Shown: positions 51,413 to 63,300, numbered from the whole stretch's first letter. The stretch: 63,558 nucleotides of DNA, filler included, from Octopus bimaculoides (GCF_001194135.2; 5 parts of 5 records of this genome joined end to end with filler, not necessarily neighbours in it); one strand, 5' to 3'. Notes: a model not told the origin generated them from the sequence alone. Made by a program: numbers and translations.

Positions 51413-53970
51413 TTAGTTCAGTCACCAGTCGGTGACGACTCAATGAGAACGAAGTCTGGCTGACCAGCTAGAACCTTGGTCAGAGAGAGAAATGAAGTTT
51501 ACTGTCAGCAACTGTGAGACAACGTCCCACAACCCTACAACTTTCACTAGCTCTAATTCTATTCTCTTACAACATCATTCTATCTCTCTCTGTAGTTACT
51601 ACTAAACAATGAAGAGGACACAAACACAAACTTTATTTTGCATGTTTTTGGATCTATCATAGTCTGCCCCTAGAGGTATGGTATTTTTCAAATATTTCCT
51701 TAAAACTTCATGTATTGTTCATCTTTCCCATCTTACAACATGCAATTAAAACCACACAAATTATTACAGATGTATATTTATAGATGTATATATGTATATA
51801 GATGTATCAGCAACAACAACAACGACCACAGCAACAACAACAACAACAATGACCACAGCAACAACAACAACAACAATGACCACAGCAACAACAACAACAG
51901 CCACCCCAGCAGGAACAACTGACCCAGCCTCAACCTTTAACACTCCTTAATTCAACCACATCCGATGACCTACTTGATGGAACGGTCAGGTTCTAAGATT
52001 CCAGCTGTTCCCAACCCATTCAACCAGAGTTTGTTGCCCCACCCATCAAACCTTCAACAGCAGCAACCAAAATCACAACAACACCAACAATTACAGCTAC
52101 AACAACAACAACAAACAAAGCAGCAACAGGCACAGCTTCAACCTACTACCATTCCAATCTGTGATCAACCAACTAAATGCTTACTTGAAGACCCTTTAAT
52201 GAATTTGCCAAACACAAATTAAAATCTATGCCTCTCAGCCTACACACGAAACCGCAAAATATGCCGCTATTCACTATGCAAGATGCTGAGCACTGACACC
52301 GATTGCAAATTCACTCATTTATCAGGGACTAGATGCTCAATTCCTACTCACAACCGCCGCTGCCACCAAAGGGCACAATCCAAAACAACGCCACTACCAC
52401 CACCACCATCACTTCACCAAATACTAAATCAAATTTTTTAAAAAACCACTCTTGTTACACGGAACCCTCGAGTCTGACGTTATTCCCATTGTTAACAGAT
52501 TATGTTTACAGCACAATTGTCCATTTACCCATCTCCCGGGGACTTGTCGCACAAATAAAAATATAAACGGGACCCCTAACGGGTACTATTCAAGAAGAGT
52601 GGTCCCGGTGCGCACACTCGCGTACTCGCGCACACTCACGTACTCGCGCATCCGCGCTAGCTAGTCGTGACTAATCGATCCTATGAGAGTTTTTTTCTAA
52701 ACAAAGTAAATAATTTTTTTAAACAAAGTATTATTTACTTTGTGTTTTATTTACTTTGGTTTAAAAAAATTATTTACTTTGTTTAGAAAAATCCCTCATA
52801 CATGTTTTGCGCCTTCGCGCTAGATAGTCGTTGTAGGATCGATTAGTCACGACTAGCTAGTGCGGCTGCGCAAGTACACAAGTGCGCGCACCAGGAGCAC
52901 TCTTCTTGAATAGTACCCCCCTAACCAATACAATACCCACAACCACAAACATTTCCAGTTCTCCAAACAGAATTCTTTTTTAGCCATAATGAATCTGGCA
53001 AAAGAGCTAGAAAAGAACATTCTAGCCATCACACAAGGCCGCCCCCACCACCACCACCACCACCACCACTCTATTGACCAAACTCCCATTACTGCCATTG
53101 ACAAGCAAATCTCCAAAACACTCAAAATCAGTCACCACAATTGCCCCAACATTTTTGCTCAATGCACAAGGCATCAGCCCTTCCACCAATGCCCCAAAAT
53201 GGAAGATCCAATTTATTGAGGACAGGGTTAATCACCATGCACACCATGTATCTTTCTTCTTCCTCACAGAGACCCATCTTAATAACCTCCACTGGGAAGC
53301 TGTGGTGAGAGTGAAGAATTTTATAGCTATCCTTGCAGATTGTGTCGGCAGAAGAAAGGGTGGGACCGCCATTTTTATGTACAATTCTTTTTCTGCTGAA
53401 ACAATGGTCGTATTTTCCAATGGTTACTGTGAAGCAGCTTCTGTGTTTAGTAAAACCAACAATTTGAGAGTAGTTGGGCTCTATAGGACACTCCTAACTC
53501 CTTTACTATGCTTCAAGGAATGCCTCAACAGTTTTAAGTGTTTCATCCATCAGTATCAAGCTGACAACATATTAATGGTGGCTGACTTCAACCTTCCCAG
53601 TGTTGATTGGTCCACAAACAGCTTGAAACCAGGTTTTAACACCTCAAACCCTGATAAGGAAGCAACGGAATTGCTTTCTGATTTCATGGATGAGTTTTTC
53701 CTGACCCAACTTGTTCTTGAACCAACAAGGTGTGACAGAAACACCTTGGACCTAGTGTTCAGTAACCACACAGACACTATCCATAATATTGCAGAGGAAG
53801 AAACACCACAAGTCTCAGACCATGACATGGTTCTCTGTGATCTGAGATTCTACCACCCAAAGATCAAATCCAGTGACATCACTCCAGTCCATCCATTTGA
53901 TACTATGGATCTTCATAATGCAGACTAGGATGCGATCAATCATGATCTTTCACAAGTTGATTGGGCCTTC
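51413..53970 (+). mobile_element. CR1-like LINE 5' half: putative 5' UTR, ORF1 with Cys/His finger modules, and APE endonuclease of ORF2; ends at (TA)n
   Basis: 53074-53928 encodes FLTETHL, GRRKGGTAIF, VGLYR, ADFNLP, EPTR..NTLDLVF and SDHD (APE motifs). ORF1 modules are DCKFTHLSGTR and NCPFTHLPGTCR. The 5' boundary is uncertain. Confidence 0.8.
52581..52918. mobile_element. 338-bp foldback MITE with long inverted arms and a 7-bp (possibly 9-bp) TSD
   Basis: GGGTACTATTCAAGAAGAGTG...CACTCTTCTTGAATAGTACCC, with further arm pairs gctagtcgtgactaatcgatccta/taggatcgattagtcacgactagc and ttttctaaacaaagtaaataa/ttatttactttgtttagaaaa. CCCTAAC flanks both sides. Confidence 0.9.
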
Positions 53971-53971
53971 A

Positions 53972-54038
<67 letters not shown>

Positions 54039-54789
54039 TAGATAGATAGATATAGATATATATAGATATATATACATATATATACAGTCATATATACAAC
54101 TTAAACAGACACACATATCAGTACATAAACATATGCTTTCATATACACACGCAGAAACGTCTACACACATACGCAGATGCTCACATGCATGCATACATAC
54201 ATTCATACATACAAACATACATGTATACATACATAAACACATATTTATCATGAAGTTTGAAATCTTGGTATGAAATAGTTTCTTTCCCTAGGTTTTTTTT
54301 TTCGAGTGCGTTCAACATTATCTCCCCTCCAAAGGTTTGGCTGCTATTTCTAGCTCGCCCTGCAACTATGTAACAGCTATTTGCAATAAAGGATCCGACA
54401 TACCTGTTAGTGGTATGCAGAGCGTGCNNNNNNNNNNCGACATACCTGTTAGTGGTATGCAGAGCGTGCAAGAAATAACAGCCAAATCTTTCCTTTTCTG
54501 GGGAAAGGAGCCATTTATGCGTGATTTCGATGTCACATTCGTTGAAAGCATGTACATACATACATACATACATACATATATGGCTATGTTTCGTTATACC
54601 TCGCAAAGTTGTCAACGAAATGTCATCCAGATCAGCTGTTTTGTTCGTTAATTTCCATAATTTTTTTTTTATTTACTTTTGTTTTAAAGTGAAAGAGAGA
54701 AGAAACTGAAAGATGTGTGAACGTGTGAGAGAGAGAGAGAGAGAGTGAATGAGTGCCACTTATACATGAGAACACAAACGTTCACTCAC

Positions 54790-55420
54790 TCTCTCTCATG
54801 CACACACGTTCTGGGTTCAGTCTCACTGCGTGGTACCTTGGACAAGTATCTTCTACTGTCGCCTTGGGCCGACCAAAGCCTTGTGAGTGGATTTGGTTGA
54901 CCGAAACTGAAGGAAACCTGTCATATATATCATCATCATCATCATCATCATCGTTTAACGTCTGCTTTCCATGCTAGCATGGGTTGGACGATTTGACTGA
55001 GGACTGGTGAAACCAGATGGCTACACCAGGCTCCAATCTGATTTGGCAGAGTTTCTACAGCTGGATGCCCTTCCTAACGCCAACCACTCAGAGAGTGTAG
55101 TGGGTGCTTTTACGTGTCACCCATACGAAGGCCAGTCAGGCGGAACTGGCAACGGCCACGCTCAAAATGGTGTATTTTATGTGCCACCCGCACAAGAGCC
55201 AGTCCAGGGGCACTGGCAACGATCTCGCTCGAAAATCCTACGAAAGCCGCGGGCACAAGTACCAGAAAGGCAACGCTGGGCACAGGTGCCTTCATGATTT
55301 CGCTTTCCCCAATAAGTCTTCGCAAGCTGAGTTACGTGTCCAATGAAGAAGACGACATTGGCATGGGTGCCAGTCGTCGAATTTAACTCGATTTCGATAT
55401 ATGTATATATNNNNNNNNNN

Positions 55421-55456
<36 letters not shown>

Positions 55457-55632
55457 CACACACATATATATATGTATATATTTATGTGTGTGTATTTGTG
55501 CCTGTGTCCACCCATCCACCCCCAACCATCGCTTCACAACGGATGCTGGTGTGTTAATGTCCACATAATTTAGTGTTCGGCAAAAGAGATCGATAGAATA
55601 AGCACCAGGCTTACAAAGAATAAGTCCAGGGA
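54790..55632 (+). mobile_element. Family-C SINE split at its central microsatellite by an RTE-tail element
   Basis: Head at 54790-54925; 3' half at 55490-55632. Confidence 0.75.
54926..55385 (-). mobile_element. RTE 3'-UTR-derived element, antisense within the SINE
   Basis: (CAT)n tcgtttaacgtctgctttccatgctagcatgggttggacg...ggatgcccttcctaacgccaacc is the reverse complement of the RTE tail. Confidence 0.85.
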
Positions 55633-55785
55633 CTTTTTGGTTATCTCACCCCCATTAAAAATTGGGTTATCTCCCCACGTTTTATGAGGACTATCGATAC
55701 TTTTTGGTAATGTCCCTCAACTAAAAATAAAATTGTTTCACCCTCAATAAAACATTAAAAAAAAAATGAAAAATAATTAATAAGG

Positions 55786-56180
55786 TGCAGGAGTGGCTGT
55801 GTGGTAAGTAGCTTGCTTACCAACCACATGGTTCCGGGTTCAGTCCCACTGCATGGCACCTTGGACAAGTGTCTTCTACTATAGCCTCAGGCCGACCAAA
55901 GCCTTGTGAGTGGATTTGGTAGATGGAAACTGAAAGAAGCCTGTCGTATATATGTATGTGTGTGTTTATGTGTCTGTGTTTGTCCCCCCCCCCCAACATC
56001 GCTTGACAACCGATGCTGGTGTGTTTACATACCCGTAACTTAGCGGTTCAGCAAAAGAGAACGATGGAATAAGTACTAGGCTTACAAAGAATAAGTCCTG
56101 GGGTCGATTTGATTCAACTAAAGGTGGTGCTCTGGCATGGCCGCAGTCAAAAGACTGAAACAAGTAAAAGAGTAAAAGAG
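55786..56180 (+). mobile_element. Full-length family-C CORE-like SINE
   Basis: aaggtgcaggagtggctgtgtggtaag...ggcaccttggacaagtgtcttc...ggcatggccgcagtcaaaagactgaaacaagtaaaagagtaaaagag. Confidence 0.9.
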
Positions 56181-56414
56181 TATGAATAGTGAAACATCGC
56201 TTTGGTTATCTCACTCCCATCAAAAAATTGACATTAAAAAAGTAGGTTATTTCCCCACTAAAAACCGAATTTATATGATGACAAGAGACTGGATTTAAAG
56301 AGTTGAAATATTTTGATTCAATTTTTCAACACATTGTTGATATTTTGACCTCCTCAGTAGGCAGGCTATGATTTATTATAAAAATATTATCAGATTCAAA
56401 AAGATATTTATTCT

Positions 56415-57312
56415 TTTCACTCTTTACTCTTTACTCTTTTACTTGTTTCAGTCATTTGACTGCAGCCATGCTGGAGCACCGCCTTTAGTCGAGCGAATCG
56501 ACCCCAGGACTTTTTCTTTGGAAGCCCAGTACTTATTCTATCAGGCTCTTTTGCCGAACCGCTAAGTTACGGGGACGTAAACACATCGGTTGTCAAGCGA
56601 TGTTGGGAGGACAAACACATACATATATATATACATANNNNNNNNNNNNNNNNNNNNNNNNNNNNNNNNNNNNNNNNNNNNNNNNNNNNNNNNNNNNNNN
56701 NNNNNNNNNNNNNNNNNNNNNNNNNNNNNNNNNNNNNNNNNNNNNNNNNNNNNNNNNNNNNNNNNNNNNNNNNNNNNNNNNNNNNNNNNNNNNNNNNNNN
56801 NNNNNNNNNNNNNNNNNNNNNNNNNNNNNNNNNNNNNNNNNNNNNNNNNNNNNNNNNNNNNNNNNNNNNNNNNNNNNNNNGGGCTTCTTTCAGTTTCTGT
56901 CTATCAAATCCACTCACAAGGCTTTGGTTGGCCCGAGGCTATAGTAGAAGACACTTACCCAAGGTGCCATGCAGTGGACTGAACCCAGAACCATGTGGTT
57001 GGTAAGCAAGCTACTTTATTTCATAAATATTTGCTATAAAGGCATTACAAAGAGGGGACAAACAAGGACAGAGAAACATAAAAGGGGTGAAGTAGCTGTA
57101 TCGATTAAATATTTACAATTTTAAATATACAATAAAAATTGGATTATATTTACAATGTTCAATTGAAGCATTGCTCATTACAGATGCAATTTGTAATGGC
57201 TTTCCTGAAGGATAGGCAGGTTAGACCCCTTGCTTTTTCTTTCCCTTGTTTTTGGCTCCCACTTACCTGGTGCCAAAAGCAAGCTACTTACCACACAACC
57301 ACACCTGCGCCT
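56415..57312 (-). mobile_element. Family-C SINE (contains a gap) with a 260-bp insertion in its tRNA head
   Basis: Tail at 56415-56480, body to 57016, and the head resumes at 57277-57312. Confidence 0.85.
57017..57276 (-). mobile_element. 260-bp retroposed insertion with 13-bp TSD AAGCAAGCTACTT
   Basis: Perfect direct repeat at 57004-57016 and 57277-57289. The left end (aaagaggggacaaacaaggacag) resembles 2560-2590. Confidence 0.75.
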
Positions 57313-57924
57313 TTTGATATTTATTAATTTTTCTTCTTTTTTTTTGTTTTATTGAGGGTTAAACAATTTTTTTCAGTTGGAGTAGATAAGCCAATTTTTT
57401 AATGAGGGTGAGATAAGCACTGAATCTGATAACATTTTTATAACAACTCATGCAAAACTGAAAAGATTAATAAACATGGAAAATGAAAAAAATTAAACAT
57501 CTTACTGAATCTCTTTTACTCTTTGACCTGTTTCTGTCATTTGACTGTGGCCATGCTATATATATATAATATACACACACATACATACACATATATGTAT
57601 ACACGTATAATATACACATATATATTTTATATATATATATATATTATACATATATAGGCCAGTACCGCCTGACTGGCCTTTGTGCTGGCATGGGTTGAAC
57701 GATTTGACTGAGGACTGGTGAAACCGGATGGCAACACCAGGCTCCAATCTAATTTGGCAGAGTTTTTACAGCTGGATGCCCTTCCTAACGCCAACCACTC
57801 AGAGAGTGTATATATATATATATATATATATATATGGATCAAACTGTTTTGTTCCAATAAGATGGTTGAGTTCCCTTCTTACGTTTGTCCACTCACTCGT
57901 GTGTGTGTGTATATATATATATAT

Positions 57925-58075
57925 ATGTTGGGTCGTTGATGACCTCTTTCTAGCATATTAGATATCCACCTACTGGTCATCCCTTCTTATACGCATGTAG
58001 TACAATCTTTCTGAATTATCAGATTTTTATATGCTAGACCACTGGTTTTAAATTGAAATTAATATTCAATTTATC
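57925..58075. repeat. Second copy of dispersed repeat family Y
   Basis: Homology to 8810-8950. Confidence 0.7.
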
Positions 58076-58229
58076 ATATATATCATCATCATCATCATCG
58101 TCGTTGTTTAATGTCCACTTTCCATGCTAGCATGGGTTGGACGATTTGACTGAGGACTGGTGAACCAGATGGCTACACCAGGATCCAATCTGATTTGGCA
58201 GTTTCTACAGCTGGATGCCCTTCCTAATG

Positions 58230-58265
<36 letters not shown>

Positions 58266-58376
58266 GTTTCAATATGTTCATGTCGTTACAACCTGATTAT
58301 AATTCTGTTATACACATGTAATTTAAGGACAACTATTAATGTTGTCTGTTGTTTTGTTGTCTGCTGTGAATTAATG

Positions 58377-58476
58377 AAACTTGACCCTGAAGAGATGCAA
58401 GATCCCATATTCTTCTCTCAGACAAGAGTGAGTCGGGATCTTGCATTGAAATGTGCATAGGATAATAAACAAGTTT
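58377..58476 (+). ncRNA. Type I hammerhead ribozyme (HHR-2)
   Basis: CUGAAGA 58387-58393. 13-bp stem II gatgcaagatccc (58394-58406)/gggatcttgcatt (58435-58447). GAAA 58448-58451. Stem III ATGTGCAT 58451-58458. AUA triplet, predicted cut 58459/58460. Stem I cc/gg plus aaacttg/caagttt. AATAAA at 58464-58469. Confidence 0.8.
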
Positions 58477-58968
58477 TACTATGGATTGCGTTATGGCTCT
58501 TATTTCAATTGATATGCACACAAAACGGTATGATAAACAACTTTTCATATGAGAATTTTGCTACGTTGATAACAGGTACAATAATTTTACCAACTATTTA
58601 GTAGAGATCTAAATATACATACATATATCATCATCATCATCGTTTAACGTCCGCTTTCCATGCTAGCATGGGTTGGACGATTTGACTGAGGACTGGTGAA
58701 ACCAGATGGCTACACCAGGCTCCAGTCTGATTTGGCAGAGTTTCGACAGCTGGATGCCCTTCCTAACGCCAACCACTCAGAGAGTGTAGTGGGTGCTTTT
58801 ACGTGTCACCCGCACGAAAACGGCCACGCTCGAAATGGTGTCTTTTATGTGCCNNNNNNNNNNNNNNNNNNNNNNNNNNNNNNNNNNNNNNNNNNNNTTA
58901 ATTAATTAANNNNNNNNNNNNNNNNNNNNNNNNNNNNNNNNNNNNNNNNNNNNCATATATACATGTAA

Positions 58969-59001
<33 letters not shown>

Positions 59002-59046
59002 TATACATATATATATATCTACATATATATATGCACATATATACAG

Positions 59047-59077
<31 letters not shown>

Positions 59078-59235
59078 CATGTACAGACATACTTATACAT
59101 ATATAGACATACATATACACACATATATATATGTATACATATATATGCGATATATATATATGCATATATGAGTGTTTGAGCATGTATGTGTTTCTTAGCG
59201 TACGTATAGATGTGTTCGTGCGTGTGTGTGTCCTT

Positions 59236-59285
<50 letters not shown>

Positions 59286-59384
59286 GCGCACGTGTGTGTG
59301 TGTCCCTTGTAAGTATATATGTGTGTATAGACTTACAAACACACATGTAGTACAAAAATAACATTACAGTCACAACATCAACAA

Positions 59385-60650
59385 CATCAACGTCAACAAA
59401 ATAATAATAATGATGATGATGACGATGACGATGATGATGATGACGATGATGATGATGATGATAATAATAATAATAATAATGATAATAATAATAATGATAA
59501 TAATAATGATAATAATAATAATAATAAAAGAACGAGGAGGAGCGAAAAGATGAATATGTTGATGACGATGACGTTGTGTAACAACAACGACAACAACATC
59601 AACAACAACAACAAACGCAACGACGATGACAACAACAACAACAAGAGATTAACACATTGGTCGTCATCATCGTCAACATCGGTTACGACAGCAGCAGCAG
59701 CAGCAGTCGCAGCAGCATCAACATAAAATATCAACGCCATCAGCAGCAGCAGCTAAATCAAAAGCAGTGTGGAAAAAAAAAAAAAGACATCGTCGCTACC
59801 ACCAATACCAGCACCATGACCACCACCACCGCCGGCACCATTAACATCATTGTCATCGTCATCATCACTACCACTACCGCCACTACCACCACCACCACTA
59901 CCACCATAACTGTCACTACAACTATCACCGCCACCACTACCGCCATTNNNNNNNNNNNNNNNNNNNNNNNNNNNNNNNNNNNNNNNNNNNNNNNNNNNNN
60001 NNNNNNNNNNNNNNNNNNNNNNNNNNNNNNNNNNNNNNNNNNNNNNNNNNNNNNNNNNNNNNNNNNNNNNNNNNCACCACTACCACCACCACCACCACCA
60101 CCACCATCACCACCACCATTGCTGTCACCACTACTATCACCAACACCACCGCAAACACTAACGTAATCATTGTTTTATAACAACCAGCAAATGACAGGAG
60201 CAAACGAAGGCGGATGACGAGCTAGAAATAACAACCAAATCTCATTGAAATCAACTATTCAGCGTTGGAAATACAAACGGGACAGTTTGAAGAATGTCGT
60301 CTTGGGGGTTCGTCTGCATATAGGAATAACGACTTGATGGAGGAGGTCACGGTCGGAAGTAGTTGAAATAGTTGATCAGTAAGAGCGACGAAAAAGTCGA
60401 AGACGATGACCACGTCGATGAGCAAGCTATGAGTAGAGATAAAACGGAAGCCATGTTGTCATCATCACCATCATCATCACCATCGTCGTCGTCGTCATAA
60501 TCATTTTCATCGTCATCATCATCGTCGTCATAATCAACTTCATCGTCATCATCATCGTCGTCGTCTTCGTCGTTCACATCGCTGTAGTCGTCGTCATCAC
60601 CATCGTCATCAGCATTATCATCATCACCGAACAACACACACACACACATA
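59385..60650. repeat. Mosaic of trinucleotide microsatellites (AAT, GAT, GAC, AAC, CAG, ACC, TCA); a similar block lies at 61120-61440
   Basis: Direct inspection. Confidence 0.85.
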
Positions 60651-60704
60651 CACATACAAAAAAAAAAAGAAATATTAAAAAAACAAAACAATCAACTATA
60701 TAGG

Positions 60705-61110
60705 CTCGGGCGTGGCTGGCTGTGTGGTGAGAAGCTTGCTTCCCAACCACGTGGTTCCGGGTTCAGTCCCACTGCGTGAAACCTTGGGCAAGTGTCTTCT
60801 GCTATAGCCTCGGGCCGACCAAAGCCTTGTGAGTGAAGTTGGTAGACGGAAACGGAAAGAAGACCGTCATATATATATATGTGCGTGTGCGCGTGTCTTT
60901 GTGTCTGTGTTTGTCCACCATCAACGCTTGAAAACCGGTGTTTGTGAGTTTACGTCCACGTAACTTAACGGAACGGCAAAAAAAAAGACCGATAGAATAA
61001 GTACCAGGCCTTAAAAAAGAAAGATAATAAGTGCTGGGGGTCGATTTGTTCGATTAAAAATCTTGAAGGCATTGCCCCAGCATGGCCCCAGTCTAATGAC
61101 TGAAGCAAGT
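60705..61110 (+). mobile_element. Full-length family-C CORE-like SINE
   Basis: ggctcgggcgtggctggctgtgtggtgagaagcttgc...accttgggcaagtgtcttc...gccccagcatggccccagtctaatgactgaagcaagtaa. Confidence 0.88.
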
Positions 61111-61312
61111 AACAGATAACACAATCATCACCATCACCATCATCGTCATCATCATCGTCACCATCATTATCATCAATTATCGTCATCATCGTCATCATCA
61201 TCCACATCATCAACATCATTTTCATCGTCATCACCATCACCATCAACGACATCATTATCATATCATCGTCATCGTCTTCATCATCATCATCGTCTTCATC
61301 ATCATCATCGTC

Positions 61313-61348
<36 letters not shown>

Positions 61349-61675
61349 GTCTTTATCATCATCAATATCATAATCGTCATCACCAATAAACAACGCCATC
61401 GAAGACATTGTCGATGACAACAACGATAATTACAATAATAAAAAAACAAGGAATTTAAAGTGCATCGAAATAATGCGACACAATACGAAAGAGAAAAGAG
61501 AAAAGAATGAAAATAAAATGAAAGAAGAACGAAGAACGAAGGAAAGATGAATAAGAAAGGAATAAAGGAAATTGTATCGTGTGAACGGACTATCGCTTCT
61601 TCCTTCCTCTCTCTCTCTTCTCCCCCCTCTCTCTCTCCAGCCTTCTTTCCCTCTTACTCTTTTTGCTTCGCTTTG

Positions 61676-61716
<41 letters not shown>

Positions 61717-62453
61717 TTCTCTTTCTTTCTCTCCCTTACTCTGTCTTCCCCCTATCTCTCTAGCCTCCTTTCCCTCTTACTCTTTTTGCCTCTCTCGTTC
61801 GCTCTCTCTCACACACACACACACACACACGCACACACACTCCCTCCTCCCCTCTCTCTCTCTGTTTCTCTCACTCAGCCAGCGACCAACCACTGAAGAA
61901 ATGCCATANNNNNNNNNNNNNNNNNNNNNNNNNNNNNNNNNNNNNNNNNNNNTTAATTAATTAANNNNNNNNNNNNNNNNNNNNNNNNNNNNNNNNNNNN
62001 NNNNNNNNTAAACTTTATATAACTTACATCGTAATAAAACAATTAGCTATATTGTAAACATTTTATTGAACATTAAAGTCTAAGGAATTCTAAATTCTAA
62101 ATAATAAAACTAAGAAACATAACAAATAATATATATGAAATAAGCTAAAATACTATTATTAAGTTAATGAATTAAAAATATTTATATTATTAATCTTATA
62201 TAAATCATAGTGTCATTATAATATTAAATCCTTAAATTCACTAAAATATTAACGTACCAATAAATACACAATTAATAAATATAAATTATAACTACTACAT
62301 TTAGTCAAGAAGGAATGGTATAAACAAGCACAAACACACACACACGCACACACACACATATATATATATATATAGATACATACATAGTAACACATACAGA
62401 CTAAAACACACACATTCACAAATATACATATACACACATATATATATAAACAT

Positions 62454-62498
<45 letters not shown>

Positions 62499-62534
62499 CA
62501 TACACACACACACAAATATATATAAAAAACACAA

Positions 62535-63300
62535 TTAGCTAAAATTATTATATAAATAAAGTAATTTATGTCTACATTTTATTTTTCGTTCATCAAAAGA
62601 ATTAATTAAAGTATTATAATTATTAAATAATATCTCCTTAAATTCATTAGTACATAAATTACAAAAATTATTACCTATATGATTGGATTTCACCTCACAA
62701 ACTATCTCCCATTTTAAAATGTAGTTAATATTTTTAGATTTAAGTTCCTAAATATATTTACTTAGGCCAGTAGAATTAATCAAATTTCTATTCTTAAATG
62801 AGTGCATATGTTGAGCCACTCGTAATTTAATTTTATTAGAAATCGATCCTATATAAATCTTATTTAAATTATAACTATAATGTTTATTCCTGTCCATTAA
62901 AGTCACTATGCATTTATACACGACATCCTTCAAATTGCATTTATTATTAAATTTACATTTAGTCTTATCTCTATATGTACAATTAATTATATCCTGGTCC
63001 ACATTATTATTATTATTATTAGAATAAGTATTAGATTTATATTTATACTATTTATTTAACTTAAATCTATTAAAAGAAGAGATAATGTTAGCAACATTAT
63101 TAGTAGTAGAATAACCTACACCAAAATTATTAGTAGAAAATATATTATAATATTTTTTTATTATCTCTAAGGAATATATCAATAACTTTTAAAGTTTCAT
63201 TAATAATGTTAGTTTTAACTTGAACGCCATATGGAATGATTAGCCAGAGTTTCTTCTTATTATAGATATTATTGTATTTATTATTTATATTATTAAATTT
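62535..63300 (-). pseudogene. Penelope-like element C-terminus: linker + Cys motif + GIY-YIG endonuclease + CxxC...CRH motif (Naiad-like)
   Basis: LWLIIPYGVQVKTNI...IFSTNNFGVGYSTTNNVANII...NCTYRDKTKCKFNNKCNLKDVVYKC...KIYIGS...RVAQHMHSF...LSKYI*ELK...KWEI...FCNLC.NE...KCRHK. One frameshift (A-run near 63150) and two in-frame TAG stops. The clade name is tentative. Confidence 0.8.

Larger units (their letters stand above)
57655..58853 (-). mobile_element. Three short RTE-tail copies: 57655-57808, 58082-58231, 58627-58853
   Basis: Each contains gcatgggttg(g)acgatttgactgaggactggtgaa...ctggatgcccttcctaa. Confidence 0.85.

Noticed and set aside
54398-54468. Direct repeat gacatacctgttagtggtatgcagagcgtgc around an N run
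   Set aside because: Same overlap artefact across a small gap.
57261-57270. ACTTACCTGG, like the U1 snRNA 5' end
   Set aside because: Only 10 nt match with no downstream U1 structure; expected by chance.
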